A DNA stretch of 64,000 nt from Paraspadella gotoi (taxonomy: Eukaryota; Animalia; Chaetognatha): contig CM119265.1 in the NCBI GenBank assembly GCA_051294375.1, positions 6,953,489-7,017,488 on the forward strand, written 5' to 3'. The notes below the pieces were generated by a model. It made no database searches, had not been told where the DNA came from, and was given only the letters and a program-made list of their open reading frames with translations. The stretch's first letter is position 1; every line of letters starts with the position of its first letter. Positions 11,362-27,900 of this stretch are shown one piece after another. A program made the position numbers and the translations under genes.

Positions 11362-14300
11362 ATGGATACCAAACAAAAAACTGTTCAAGACTATGAAGCT
11401 CAAATCCGCGAAATACAGGCCAAAAAAGGCGCTGCGCAGGTTTGTTTTGCCTTATGGACAATATTATTTCGGTTAAACTATCCATTTTCGTACTTTATCT
11501 CGTTTTTTTTTAACCTTTAGATGGAAACAAATGGAACCGCCGATGACGACAAGGCTAATAAAATGTCCTATAAAAACGCCGAAATGGAATTCGACACAGA
11601 CATTTACGGCTCAAGCGACAAGTTTGCTGGTTACGTCACCTCCATCGCCGCCACCGATGAACCAGATGACGATGACGACGACTTCGGTCCATCGGGCGTC
11701 CTTGGCACCGCTAAGGGAGGAGGAGGAGGAGGAGGAAAAACATTTACGGCTCCAGGGTATTTGATGCAGGAAGCGCAGGAAACTGGGAAGGATTTTGACC
11801 CGTTTGCCGAATCGCGTCCTCAGAAAATTATCGATCGCGAAGACGAGTATCGACAGAAACGCCGCCAACGTATCATCTCCCCCGAGCGTCACGACCCTTT
11901 CGCCGACGGCGGAAAGACGCCCGATGTTGGGGCGATGGCCAAAGTGCGCACCTTCGTCGACGTAATGAGAGAACAGGCTCTTTCAGAAAAAGAAAAAGAT
12001 CTCAAGGCCGACATGATCGAAAAGGGAAAGGCTGGTGAGCTGAGGGTTAACAAAGAAGCTGTTGCTGCTGACTCCGCCGCCAAAAAGCGGAAGCGTTGGG
12101 ATCAAGCGGCTGGCAGCGAACCCGAAGACGCCGCAAAGGCTAAAAAAGTTTCTTCTTGGGATGAAGAGGCAGCAACGCCGGGTCACACTCCGTCGGTCGC
12201 AAGATGGGATGAGACTCCTGGTAGAACCAAGGCCGAGGCAATGACGCCGGGGCACATCGCCACTCCTGGGTACAGCACACGAGCTTGGGAAGCGACACCA
12301 TCGCACACTCCAGGGGGCGCGACTCCCGGCCACGAGACCCCAGGTGCTATGACCCCTGGCAGGGGGGCTACCCCCAGCAACAGGCGCAACAGATGGGATG
12401 AAACGCCCAAGACTGATAGGGGAGAGACTCCAGGCAGAGCTGGCGCATGGGCAGAAACTCCCAGAACGGATAGGGGCGGGGGTGAGGGTACTGATCGTGA
12501 TCCCATTCAAGACACTCCCACTCCGTCGGCGTCGAAGCGAAGAAGCAGATGGGACGAAACACCCGGCGCCACTCCAAATCCTAGCGCGACTCCAACCCCT
12601 GGCGGGCGAACCCCGGGTGGACACACACCTTTGATGAGCACTCCGAGTGGTACCACCCCAGGTGGCGGAACACCTGGAGGGTTAACTCCGGGAGCATTCA
12701 CGCCAGGTGGCACTCCTGGTGGAACTCCGAGTGGATTTACACCCGGAGGCATAACCCCTGCTGGACCAAAGGCAATGAACATGTCGACGCCTACACCCGG
12801 CCAGTTGATTATGACACCCGAGCAAATGCAGTCTTGGCGTTGGGAACGCGAGATGGATGAACGAAATCGTCCAATGACCGATGAAGAACTGGACCAAATG
12901 TTTCCTCCGGGTTACAAAATCTTGCAACCACCCGCTGGCTATGTACCGCTCCGCACACCTGCCCGAAAGCTGCAGGCTACTCCTACTCCTGTTGGCGGAT
13001 TAGGTGGTTTTAAAATGCAGACGCCTGATAGCAAAACTGTTATGGAGGACCTTCAACCTAAGGGCAATTTACCCTATATGAAACCCGACGACGTGCAATA
13101 TTTCGACAAACTGCTCGTCGACGTCGACGAAGACAACCTTCCGCCCGAAGAGGCAAAAGAAAGGAAGATAATGAAGATGCTGTTGAAAATAAAAAATGGC
13201 ACTCCACCAATGCGCAAAGCTGCCCTACGCCAAGTTACTGATAAGGCCAGAGAGTTTGGTGCTGGTCCACTATTCAATCAAATTTTACCCCTTCTGATGT
13301 CACCAACTTTGGAAGATCAGGAGCGCCATCTCTTGGTAAAAGTTATCGATCGAATCCTATACAAGCTAGACGATCTGGTGCGTCCTTATGTCCACAAGAT
13401 CCTGGTCGTTATTGAGCCTTTGCTCATTGATGAAGATTACTACGCTCGTGTCGAGGGTCGAGAGATCATTTCAAACCTCGCCAAGGCCGCTGGTCTGGCT
13501 ACCATGATTTCCGTCATGCGTCCCGACATTGACAACATGGATGAATACGTCCGAAATACTACGGCGCGAGCGTTTGCTGTGGTTGCTTCTGCGCTTGGTA
13601 TTCCTTCTCTTCTCCCTTTTCTAAAGGCAGTTTGCAAGTCGAAAAAATCTTGGCAGGCTCGCCATACTGGTATCAAGATAGTACAACAAATAGCCATTCT
13701 CATGGGATGCGCTATTCTTCCGCACCTAAGATCCTTAGTGGAAATTATTGAGCATGGACTCGTAGATGAGCAACAGAAAGTGAGAACCATTACTGCTTTG
13801 GCTATCGCCGCCCTGGCTGAGGCAGCCACCCCTTACGGCATTGAATCCTTTGATTCTGTTCTTAAGCCACTCTGGAAAGGTATCCGTACCCACCGTGGCA
13901 AAGGTCTGGCCGCTTTTCTGAAAGCCATCGGTTATTTGATTCCTCTCATGGACGCCGAATACGCTAACTATTACACCCGTGAAGTGATGTTGATCCTTAT
14001 TCGAGAATTTCAATCTCCGGATGAGGAAATGAAGAAAATTGTGTTAAAGGTCGTGAAGCAGTGCTGCGCCACAGATGGTGTTGAACCTCAGTATATCAAG
14101 GACGAAATCTTACCACCGTTTTTCAAGCATTTCTGGAATCAGCGTATGGCCGTCGATCGGCGCAATTATCGTCAACTCGTCGATACGACTGTTGAAATCG
14201 CCAACAGAGTGGGGGCGGCCGAGATCATCGGCCGCGTGGTTGACGATCTTAAGGACGAATCGGAGCAGTATCGTAAGATGGTAATGGAGTCAATGGAGAA

Positions 14301-15594
14301 GATATTGGGAAATTTAGGCGCGGCGGACGTCGATGCCCGACTAGAGGAACAGATCATCGACGGCATACTTTATGCCTTCCAGGAGCAGACAACAGAAGAT
14401 GCCGTTATGCTGAATGGTTTTGGTACCGTTGTCAATGCTCTCGGCAAACGCTGTAAGCCATACTTACCGCAAATCTGTGGTACTATTCTCTGGCGTCTGA
14501 ATAACAAGTCGGCCAAAGTTCGTCAGCAGGCAGCAGATCTCATCGCTCGCATTGCTATTGTGATGAAAACTTGTCAAGAGGAAAAGTTAATGGGTCACTT
14601 GGGCGTCGTGCTCTACGAGTATCTTGGAGAAGAATACCCCGAAGTGTTGGGTTCAATTCTTGGGGCTCTGAAGGGTATTGTCAACGTCATAGGTATGCAT
14701 AAGATGACTCCGCCAATCAAAGATCTTTTGCCTAGACTGACGCCGATTTTGAAGAATCGTCACGAGAAGGTTCAAGAAAATTGCATCGATCTGGTGGGAC
14801 GTATTGCCGACCGAGGCTCCGAGTACGTTTCTGCGCGAGAATGGATGAGGATCTGTTTCGAACTTCTCGAACTCCTGAAGGCTCATAAGAAAGCCATCCG
14901 TCGTGCTACGGTCAACACTTTCGGATACATAGCCAAGGCCATTGGTCCCCACGACGTCCTCGCCACTCTGTTGAACAATTTAAAAGTGCAAGAGCGACAG
15001 AATAGAGTTTGCACCACCGTCGCGATTGCAATAGTCGCCGAGACATGCTCCCCATTCACGGTTCTGCCCGGACTGATGAACGAGTACCGGGTGCCAGAAC
15101 TGAACATCCAAAATGGTGTCCTTAAATCTCTCTCCTTTCTTTTTGAATACATCGGGGAGATGGGCAAAGACTACATCTACGCTGTTGTATCTCTGCTCGA
15201 GGATGCCCTGATGGACCGGGACCTAGTCCACCGACAGACTGCCTGCGCCGCAATAAAACATATGGCTCTCGGGGTGTATGGCTTTGGCTGCGAGGATGCT
15301 CTAATCCATCTTCTCAATTATGTTTGGCCCAACGTTTTCGAAACATCACCGCATGTCATTCAAGCCGTTATGGATGCTATTGAGGGAATGCGGGTTGGCT
15401 TGGGACCGTCAAAGTTACTTTATTACACCTTGCAAGGACTTTTTCATCCAGCGCGTAAGGTGCGAGACGTTTACTGGAAAGTGTACAATACGCTGTACAT
15501 CGGTGCGCAAGACAGCTTAGTCGCCGCTTATCCCAGAGTCGCCGACGATGATAAGAATAAATACATCAGATCCGAGTTGGACTATTTCTTTTGA
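11362..15594 (+). CDS. SF3B1: Splicing factor 3B subunit 1; exon 1 11362-11439, exon 2 11521-15594
   Basis: Exon 1 encodes the conserved N-terminus ([11 protein letters not shown]), followed by RWDETP ULM repeats, a TP-rich region and conserved HEAT repeats. Confidence 0.98.
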
Positions 15595-16401
15595 GTGTGC
15601 TCGAGTCTTTTCTTTGTACAAAATCTCATTTATGAAGTAAATCTTCATCAACATTGAACAATAAACAATTATGCGTTTCACTGTTTCACGAATAGATGTA
15701 AATTATTACAGCATATTTGAGAGATGCATTAAGATGCACGCCCATTTCCCCTTTGATTAAATTATTTTAAAAAATTCAACTGAGGTGTAACTCTTCAAAT
15801 TCTTCATATATAATTTCATAATTTAATTTATTGCGAGAAAACTTTTTAAAATTAAATGTAATTTTTTTCCCAGAAAGTGGCAGAAACCTTTTCATAAGTT
15901 TTTTAAATTTTTTTAGAACTCATTTATGAAATTAGTACAACCCCATTCATAAATAAGCTATCTTGTCCCTGACTTTGGACATGAAATTTTTAAAATATTT
16001 GTTTTTAATTTTAGCTACGTAATTTTAAGACACATTATATCAAATGTTGCAACGATATAGTTTTTAAATGCCAAAGTTTGCTCGTAATATATTGTTAATA
16101 TTCTAAATTGTTAATGTATTAAATTTTTAACTGAAAATTCTTTTAAAATTTCACAGTTCGGTAAATAGTGACAATTTGTTCTAATTTGATTTGAATTCGT
16201 CTTAATTTAGTTCATGCTAACTATCTAGATATTGAAGCGTTTTAACATAACTAGTGCCCCAGTCATGTAATTCAACTCCGAACACCCCAATCAATCGCGT
16301 TTTCCCATTGTAGATAGCGATCTCATCCCAAAAAATGACAAGTTTTTTGCATAAACAAGAGACTTCCTGACTTCCTGAGGTATGAATTCACTGTATTTAA
16401 C

Positions 16402-16555
16402 TTAAATTTTAAGTATATACCAGAAAGAAAATATATTTTTTTAACGAAAAATTACATTTTAAAATTTTTTTCGTGGAAGGAAAGTTTAAATTTAAAAATT
16501 CAATTTTTCGTTACAAAAAAATAAAATTTCTTTCTGGTATATACTTAAAATTTAA
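16402..16555. repeat. AT-rich fold-back palindrome (MITE-like) upstream of CBX
   Basis: 29-bp perfect inverted repeat TTAAATTTTAAGTATATACCAGAAAGAAA. Confidence 0.75.
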
Positions 16556-16676
16556 TAATATTATACACACAAAATTAAAAACTTTTTTTCATTGCAAAAA
16601 TGAAATTTTATAAGCGCCGGTACAACAACGAAACTAAAAAACATTTATTTTCAGAAACCCTCTTGGAGGATTTGGA

Positions 16677-19658
16677 ATGGGGTTGAAATCGCTTGACGAA
16701 CACGAACGCATTTATGCGGCCGAGACTTTGCTCAAGAAGAGGAGTAACCCGAAGTGCAAAAATCGCGTCGAATACCTCGTCAAGTGGAAAGGATGGTCGC
16801 ACAGGCACGATACCTGGGAACCGGTGGAAAACATACTCGACCAGAGATTAATTGGTTGGTTTTTGTTATATTTTTAATTTACGTCAACGTTTTTAGATTT
16901 TTTTTTTTTTACTTTTTTAGATAGCTTTAATCGAGCTCACAAAGACGAAGCCTCTAAGACTCCAGAGGTAGTGAAAAACCGAGGATCCAGATCCAAGCCT
17001 CCCTCTAAGGCATTAGCAAAGCAGCGCCCGCCTCTCAAAAGCGGAACACGCGGCGCTCCAATCGCTGATAATCCTACTGTGAAAAAGGCAACGGCTAAGC
17101 CCGCCGCTTTATCTTCGAAGGGCAAAGCATCGAAGGGGGGAAAGCTTGTGCAGGTCGGCGAAAAACCGAAAGCGCTTTCGGGAAAAAAGACTTCACGCGT
17201 TTCCGAAGGAAGACCGAAATTGTTGGAGAAAGGTGCCTCTGGGACCGTCAGTTCTGCCTCTGCGTCAACCATTATCAAGCCCAACGCCGGCTCCAAAGCC
17301 CGCTCTTCTAGTGGAAATATCGCAGAGAACAAGCATATGAAAGGATGGGGCGATCTCTTCAAGCCCAACGAGAAGAAAAAGGCCAAAGACGAAAAAGAAG
17401 GCTCTAGCAGCAGCAGTAGTAGCAGCAGCGATTCTGATTCCTCTTCCGACAGCGACTCGGACGACGATGACGACGAAGACGACGAAGACGATTCTACCTC
17501 CTCTTCTTCGTCTTCTTCGGACGAGGAAGAGAACGCCGAGAATCAGCTCGAACCTCCCTCGACTTCCGTGTCTACCTCTGCCATTTCCTCTTCATCTGAA
17601 AAACCTAAACTCAACTCCTTACCGGCGAATCCCGCCGCCAAGCGGTTGCACAATTTGTCTAATGAACTTGCGAAACGAGTAGGAAAATCGCCCGAGTCCA
17701 AAACCCTCGATTCCAACGAAAGAAAAGAGATTGCCAATGAGACTGACTCATCCGTCACTTCCGTCACTGCCGACTCCTCCGATGCCTCCATGCTTTCGGC
17801 TTCGGACTCGGCTCCTAAAGCCGCCGTTCTTTCAGTTTCGAAAACTCTTCTCACCAAGGGTGAAGTCTCAGAGTCAGAGAACATTCCAAGATCTATTTCC
17901 GAAGTAATCTCGGAAATTCCGTCTGACTCTTCCCAAATTTCTTCAGATCCGATCGGTCCACCGTGCATTCCCGATAGAGCAATCACGTTGCCCTCGCACA
18001 TATCGGAAAAGTTGAACCCTACGCCCGGAAAAATCACTCCAGCGGCGGAGAAACCGAATCCGGCTCCGGAAACATCAATTTTTGCTCCCGAAACATCGAA
18101 TTCGGCTGTTAAAATTGTAGCCAATGAAACACAAGCGTCAGCGCCCCAAAAAACTACTTCCCTTGAAAAACCGACTAATGCCCTGCCAGAACCGACTCTT
18201 ACATTCCAAAATTCGAGATCAACATCCGGAAAATCGATTGCGCAGCCTGAAAAAACTATTTTAGCGACGGAAGAACCTGATATTTCTACAGTAAATCAAC
18301 CGCCGGCGCCGAGTAGCTTTGAAGTGAATGAAAACGATTCTTTCTCGACTTTTGATAGTAAATCCAAGACAAACGAAGAAGAAGATGAAAAAAAATTATC
18401 ACTGACAGAGGAGATTTCGAGCCCAAAAAATAACGAAGCTGAGACTGGGTCTTCGGATCGCACTCATAATTTTTCCTCATCCGTTTCAAAGGAAGAAATA
18501 AATAAAAGCGGAAAACCGGCTAAAGAATCTGTATACGACTGTGGGACTCCGTCCGCCCTTAACGATGAAAAGGTCGGAGAGTTATCCGTTCAGGTTCCTA
18601 TGGAAACGGAGACTGAGCCAGTCGTGGACAATCCGACGGACGAATCACTCATAGACGTGGGAGGTGTATTAGACAATGTCGACATGCCCGTCTTGTCCCC
18701 GGTGACCGAATGCGGCGGAGGTACATCGGAAGCTCAGGAAGCCACTGCGGAAGATCGAGAGTCCTGCAGCGGTTCATCCTCGTCTACGCTTCAGGGTTAC
18801 AATGGAGAATCGGCGTCTGTCGTCGTGGCGAGGAAACGCGGAAGGCCGAAAGGTTCCAAGAACAAGCCAAAACCAGAGAAGAAAGTCAACTTGGGGCCAA
18901 TGATGATGTCAAACGGTCCTCTGGGTCTCAACGCCATGAATTCTGGCCAGTTCGGGGCACTTCTCGTGCCCAAGGACACCCCTTACGGCAACATACAACC
19001 TCCGACAGGCGGCGCGGGACATTTAGTTTACCAAAACATGCAGCTGGCCTATCCAGTTCCTGCTGGAGCACACTTGACAGGTTACCCCGGCCAGACAGTT
19101 CCAATCTCAAACATTGCCAATATTCAATATCCTGTAATCATACCCCCTTCTCAAAGCCCTCAGTATTCTCCACAGTGTAACTCGTTAGAATCTCCTCATG
19201 GAAAGCACAAGAAACGGAAATCTAAGGATAACGAGAAGGAAAGAGAAGGAAAGCCACCTAAGATTCCCAAACTGAAAATTCAAGTGCCAAGCAACTATGT
19301 GCCTCCAAGCGGTGGGATCCTTATATCGAATTCGCAATTTCAGAACGCTTATTCTTCGCCGCTGCGAATGATGACTAAAAATCATTCGTCCGGTCAAAAT
19401 AAAACGGACTCGCCCAACTTAAAATCTTTACCTCCTGCCATAAATAATCATAGGGCTTCTATAACAAATAATAACGTGGAGGTAAAAACAAAATCGGGTC
19501 TTGATCTTGAAGCAAAGAAAAACGGGAAAGAGTTTTACGATCCTCGTTCGTGGAAGACGCCTGGGCCTCTTGTTATAACTGACATTAAAACAAAGGATTG
19601 CACTGTAACTTTTTTAGAGTGCTCAACCAAAAAGGGCTTCTTTAAAGATGCTGTTTAA
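16677..19658 (+). CDS. CBX: Polycomb/CBX chromobox protein (~971 aa); exons 16677-16854 and 16921-19658
   Basis: N-terminal chromodomain (YAAE...[10 protein letters not shown]...TWEP.ENILD.RLI), AT-hook RKRGRPKG, C-terminal Pc box (VITDI...VTFLEC...GFFK). Confidence 0.9.
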
Positions 19659-19887
19659 ATCTTCTTAAAAATCTTGTTTCTTTATTTTCATTAGCCTTGG
19701 TTGGCTTTCCTATGCATTGTGGCGCTAAGTGTTAACCGTTATGATTAACCTTTCGTTTTCCGCATGACATTCTTTTTAGCAAATTGTTGATGTTTGTATT
19801 TAATTTTCCAAACTATTTTATTCCATTTTTTAGATGTTTCTTTGAATTTTGCAAGAACCACGAATTCATTATTAAACAAAATCATGA

Positions 19888-22668
<2,781 letters not shown>

Positions 22669-22949
22669 ACAGGAGGATGTTAAAGGGGGGAGGGTGATGG
22701 GTGTGAGAACGGACAAGACGTACAATGCACTCTCTCCAAATCCGCTAGTCAATTTTTGCGGTGATTCGTAATAGGAAAAAAAAATCGTCCTTTCCGCGCA
22801 CCGATCATGCTTATCTGAACGGATAATATTTTGTTATTTCTTATCAATTAGATGGAGATTGTTAGTAGGTAATTATTTATTTTCTTTCATTTCTCATCGA
22901 AAGTTCTGTACAGAAACCAAATTATCGGTGCCAAAATTGACTATCAACT

Positions 22950-24575
22950 ATGACTTCTTCCCCGGCACCTCCGTCCGGCGCGGTGGCCGCTCGAACGTTC
23001 GGCGAGAGACCACGCGCCTTCAAATTGGAGGAAGGCGAGGACTCTGATCTGTACTACATCGGGTCGGAGGTCGGTAACTACCTTCGTATGTTCCGCGGTT
23101 CGCTCTACAAACGCTATCCGTCGCTGTGGCGGCGCCTCGCGACGATCGAGGAACGGAAACAGATAGTCGACATGGGCATGGGCCAACATGCCATGGCCAC
23201 GAGCATCACCTTGCTCAAAGCTTCAGAGGTCCAAGAAATTCTTGATGGCCACGACGAGAAGTACAAAGCCGTATCTATTGGGTACGTTTTTTTGAATATT
23301 ACTTTTTGAAATGTTTATGTAATTAATTTTATTGTCGTTAACGTATTCATTTGAATGAAACTATTTAATATTTATGGGTTCTTTGTGAGAAAAAATTCTA
23401 AAAGTAAGTAACCTTGAAATCTTTATCGTTGGTATTTTAATTTTCTTCGAATTAAATTATTTATTTTGATTTCTAATCGTTGTTAAAATCTCCTGACTAC
23501 TTTTTTCTCCTCCCCAATTTCTTTTGACCACCACTGGTAGTTCCTCGGACGTGATGGCTCCCAAAGACTTTATTAAGACTAAACGAGGCGCAAGCTCTGC
23601 GCCGGGTTGGGTGGCACCCGTGGCGCCTAACTCTTCACACCATCTGGACGCCGTCCCCTGTTCAACGCCCATCAACCGAAATAAAATCGGAAAGAACAAA
23701 GCGCGATACGAGTTCTTCGACGACGCCGACCCAGCACTGATGCAGGAGAACGCCAACCAAAGAGAGATTCTTGTCCCCATTCGACTGGACATGGAGATCG
23801 AAGGTATAATCAGATCATATCGTCCTCGGGTGTATGTAAATTACTTCTCTTATATGACCTAGGGCAAAAACTTCGTGATACATTCACCTGGAACAAAAAC
23901 GAAATGCTGATGACGCCTGAGCAATTTGCCGAGGTCCTGTGCGACGATTTGGATTTGAATCCTTTAAACTTTATTCCCGCCATTTCTTCTGCCATAAAGC
24001 AACAGGTAGTTTTCGTTAGTCGTCGATTTCTATCCCCCCATTATAACCCTTTTTTTTTTCTGGTCAGCTTGACGCTTATCCCCACAACCAAGAAATTCTC
24101 GAGGAGCAGTTGGATCAGCGAGTCATTCTCAAATTGAACATTCACGTCGGCAACATTTCGCTGGTGGATCAGTTCGAATGGGACATGTCGGAGAAAGACA
24201 ACAGTCCCGAGCAGTTCGCGCTAACGCTCTGCAAAGAGCTGGGTCTGGGAGGCGAGTTTGTCACGGCAATCGCTTACAGCATTCGGGGCCAGTTGAGTTG
24301 GCACGTGAGGTAAGGAAAATTAACTTTTATCTTCTTCGGAATTTGGAGGAAAAGTCAAAAATACGTTCACCACGCCTATTATTGACAGGACGTACGCATT
24401 CAGCGAAACGCCCCTTCCTGTGGTTGACGTGGCAATCCGCAATCAGTCCGAGGCTGACCAGTGGTGCCCGTTTCTGGAGACTCTCACCGACGCCGAGATG
24501 GAAAAGAAAATCCGAGATCAGGACAGGAACACGCGGCGGATGCGGCGTCTGGCGAACACAGCACCTTCTTGGTGA
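22950..24575 (+). CDS. SMARCB1: SWI/SNF subunit SMARCB1/SNF5; exons approx. 22950-23281, 23541-23803, 23863-24005, 24068-24309, 24389-24575
   Basis: [28 protein letters not shown]; [22 protein letters not shown]; [20 protein letters not shown]. Confidence 0.97.
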
Positions 24576-24954
24576 ACGTTGCTCCAGTCGAAGAGTGAAA
24601 AATTATTATTATTTAGTTATGGTAGATTTGTAATCTTTGTAATATCTGTTATCCGTTTTTTTGTTTTTTTGTTTTTTTTTGTTTTTTTTTGTTTCTCCTA
24701 TATTTACAATATCGGCATTTTTGGGGTCCCCGCATCATTAAATTTTTTAATAAAATGAAATTAATTTTGTTTTTATTTTATGAATTTACCGCGAATAATA
24801 TGTAAAAAAGTTTGCTGGGGTTTCCCTATACTGTATGCAATTTTAAACCATCATTATATTTCTCTTTATAGCTTCTTACGTTCTATTTTTTCATTTCGGC
24901 GAAAGAATACGTAACGATGACTCGGTGACGGCTAACAACGTAATCGTCTTCTAG

Positions 24955-27900
24955 GCGTTAATTTTTCGATTTCTCTCTTGGAGGGTCGGAAGTTGTTTCA
25001 CCCGAATCGCAGCTGTGGCGACTGTTGCGGGAAAAGGTTCCAGTCGCACCAGCTGCGAAGCAGGAGGCAGAGTTAAACCATCGACAGCGACGACAGCAGC
25101 GTCGACGGCGTCCAACGCAGCAGCAGCGGCGGCTTCCATCTGTCGTCCTTCACCGCCTCCGCGATCCGGGACGAAGGAATCGAACCGTTTTAAAAGATCT
25201 CAAAGTCTCTATAGTTTTGATTCTCTGGAAGGTTTTCCCTTCTCTGAAGGTGACCACACACCTTTGAACTCCTCAGCACCGACGTACCGTTATAATCCTG
25301 TTCTGGCGTCAGGCGAAGCCGGAGGCTTTTTTCCCGCATCTGGGATTCGAGAAAATCCTCTCGTGGGCACACTTCCGGCCACTCTAAACGCTGTCAGTGT
25401 TGCAACTCCCATTTCCCGACATCGCTGGCTCGGTGGCGTCGCTTTGTCGGACTGGGAGCCGCAAGTGTCACGTTTGGACGCGCTTTTACGCCAATTGACG
25501 GTGAATCGATATCCGGGCGGCTCTCCCCCTTGGGAATCGTCTGCCGCCAGTATCGCCACCAGTGCCTCTTTCGATAACGCCCTCCAGGCTCTGCCGCGAC
25601 CCGACGTTGGTTCTGCTCCCGATTCGATCGAACGGGGTGTCCCCCATTTAATTTTCGAGGCTTCCCCTTTCGTTCGAGCGCCTCCGTTGTTGGACTTACC
25701 ACTCCGGAACTCCTGGATTGGGCCGCCGAACTCCGCCTCTGGGGCCCAACTTCTTCCTTCGATATCTCTGTCCGTGCCGGCCGAAACCGCTCCTCCCTCA
25801 GGTCGGGAGAGATTCGGTCCTAACTTTCTGGCTCAGCGTCCGTCTCATCCGCCGCCGTCGTCTCTGGGCTTCGTGGCGAGACCGGCGTCTTCTTCCATTC
25901 CTTCCCACTTTCGGTCGTTGCTATTCACCGACCCGATACCGTCTGTCATGCCTTCGCAGAATCACGCCATTCCCGACGTGGGTTAAACTAAAAAGAGAAA
26001 AGAAAACTATAACTTGAAAAAAAATTTAAAATATCAGTGTTTTTTTATTTTCTTTTTTTTCTGTAGAACGTTTTCGCCAACTCCTCGGAAGTTAATCTTC
26101 TTCCATCTCATTCCATCCAGGTAGGTTTTTTTAGTACGTACCATTTATTTCGCCAAAAATTATACATTTTTTCTTTTTTTTAAATAGAATCAATTAAGTG
26201 TTTTTCTTTTGCATAAACCAAAAAGATAAATAAGGTAAATTCTCTGATCCAATGATTCTTTTTTTTTTTTCTGAAAGAAAACAGAGCAAACAAATAATTG
26301 CGGGAATGGTTGCAAAAAGATCTTATGTCAACAATAAACGTGAACCAAAAAAAGGAAAATAAAAAAGAGATCAGGGGACAAAGTCAAGCAACTCCGTCAT
26401 TGCGTTATTAGTCTTTTTTTATATCATAAACAAGAATTGTTTTAATTATTTTAATTATTTTTTTTATTATTAAGGTATTTAACTCATAACGAAGGAATAA
26501 TAGTAAATTTGATTACAGACATAAAAGGGTAAATTGTCAGACTAAATATACAGGAAGAGGATGATAATAAAGGAGAAAAAGGAAGGGAAGAACGAGGCCG
26601 TTAACTGCCTCTTTTTTCTCATACATCAACATTCAACAATACTATCTAGGAAAAAAGTATATAACATAATTTATTTATTTAATAAAAAGTATACAAAACA
26701 TGGGTAAAACATTTTTGATATTTGATATGCCCTTCTTCGGTATCGATTACTGCCTGCATTTATTTAGCCATGCTCTCATACAGCAAATTGAGGTATGACA
26801 GTGAAATGTTTTTCCACATCTTTAATGCAATTCTTTTCAGACCCGATGTTGATGTTGTATATCTTTCCTTCTTTTCTAAAAGGTATATTAGCACTTTTTT
26901 GAACCAAAAAGAGGTGTAAGGCCTTTAACATTGCTAATGTTTAAAAAAAATTAAAAAAATAATTAATTCTATTAAAAATATAAAAAAATAACTAAATATC
27001 AAAAATGGAGGAAAACTAAATATAATTTTTTTTGCCATTTTTTACAACGCAGAGAATGGATTATCAAGTGGCTTATGTCAAAACTCCTATTTCTCATTTA
27101 ATAAACCACGCCTATTTCCTTCGATGTTCATTTGAAGTAACAATATTTTTTGGCCTGTAACTTTTTAACGATTTGACCTACAAAAGAATGGATGGAAGCT
27201 ACTGAAAAAAAATTCAATGTAGATCCAGAAACATTCTAATTTTTTTAAATCTAACAAGTTTTCGAATAGATGTCCTTTATTAAAAATGTTTATACTTTTA
27301 TCCTAGATAGTAGTAAAAAAAAAAAAGAGGAAAAAGCAGACCAAAGGCTTTGTTCGACTTACGGGTTACGCATAGTAATAAACGTATTTACCAACGTTTC
27401 CGTCTATGGAATGTTTCAATCATTAAGTCTTACAATAATGAAATCGTTTTACAATAATTAAATCCTATCTTCTCTTTCCAGATGGTGGCTTTTATGTTCA
27501 ATGTTCATTCTATTGTATTTACGCTTTTCCCTAAACCCATAATTTTTTTGTCAGTCGTCGCCATCAAATCATCCGTCCCTGAACTCATCCCATTCCGTCA
27601 CCCCTCATTTCCCATCCTCGTCGTCCTCGTCGTCAAACCAGGACGTTTCGCCGTCTACACAACCCGCCCTTTCTCCGTCCCTCATCTCCGCCAGTCACTC
27701 CTCTTCGGACTTGACTTTGAAAAGAGAAAAATCGCCCAAATCGTTGCCCGTGTCGACGTCCCCAGGGTCATCCGCGCAGCCGCAGACGAAGCAGCAGCCG
27801 TCCAGCCGCTTCTCCCAACGTAAGCACAAAAAGGCTTTTTGCATGATCCTTGGGTGGCAGCAAAAAGAAAAAGGAAAGTTTTACCGAGTAGGCTACTCAT

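Noticed and set aside
13500-14930. SF3B1 substitutions that might explain unusual splice sites
   Set aside because: Residues corresponding to human E622, R625, H662, K666, K700 and R1074 appear canonical.
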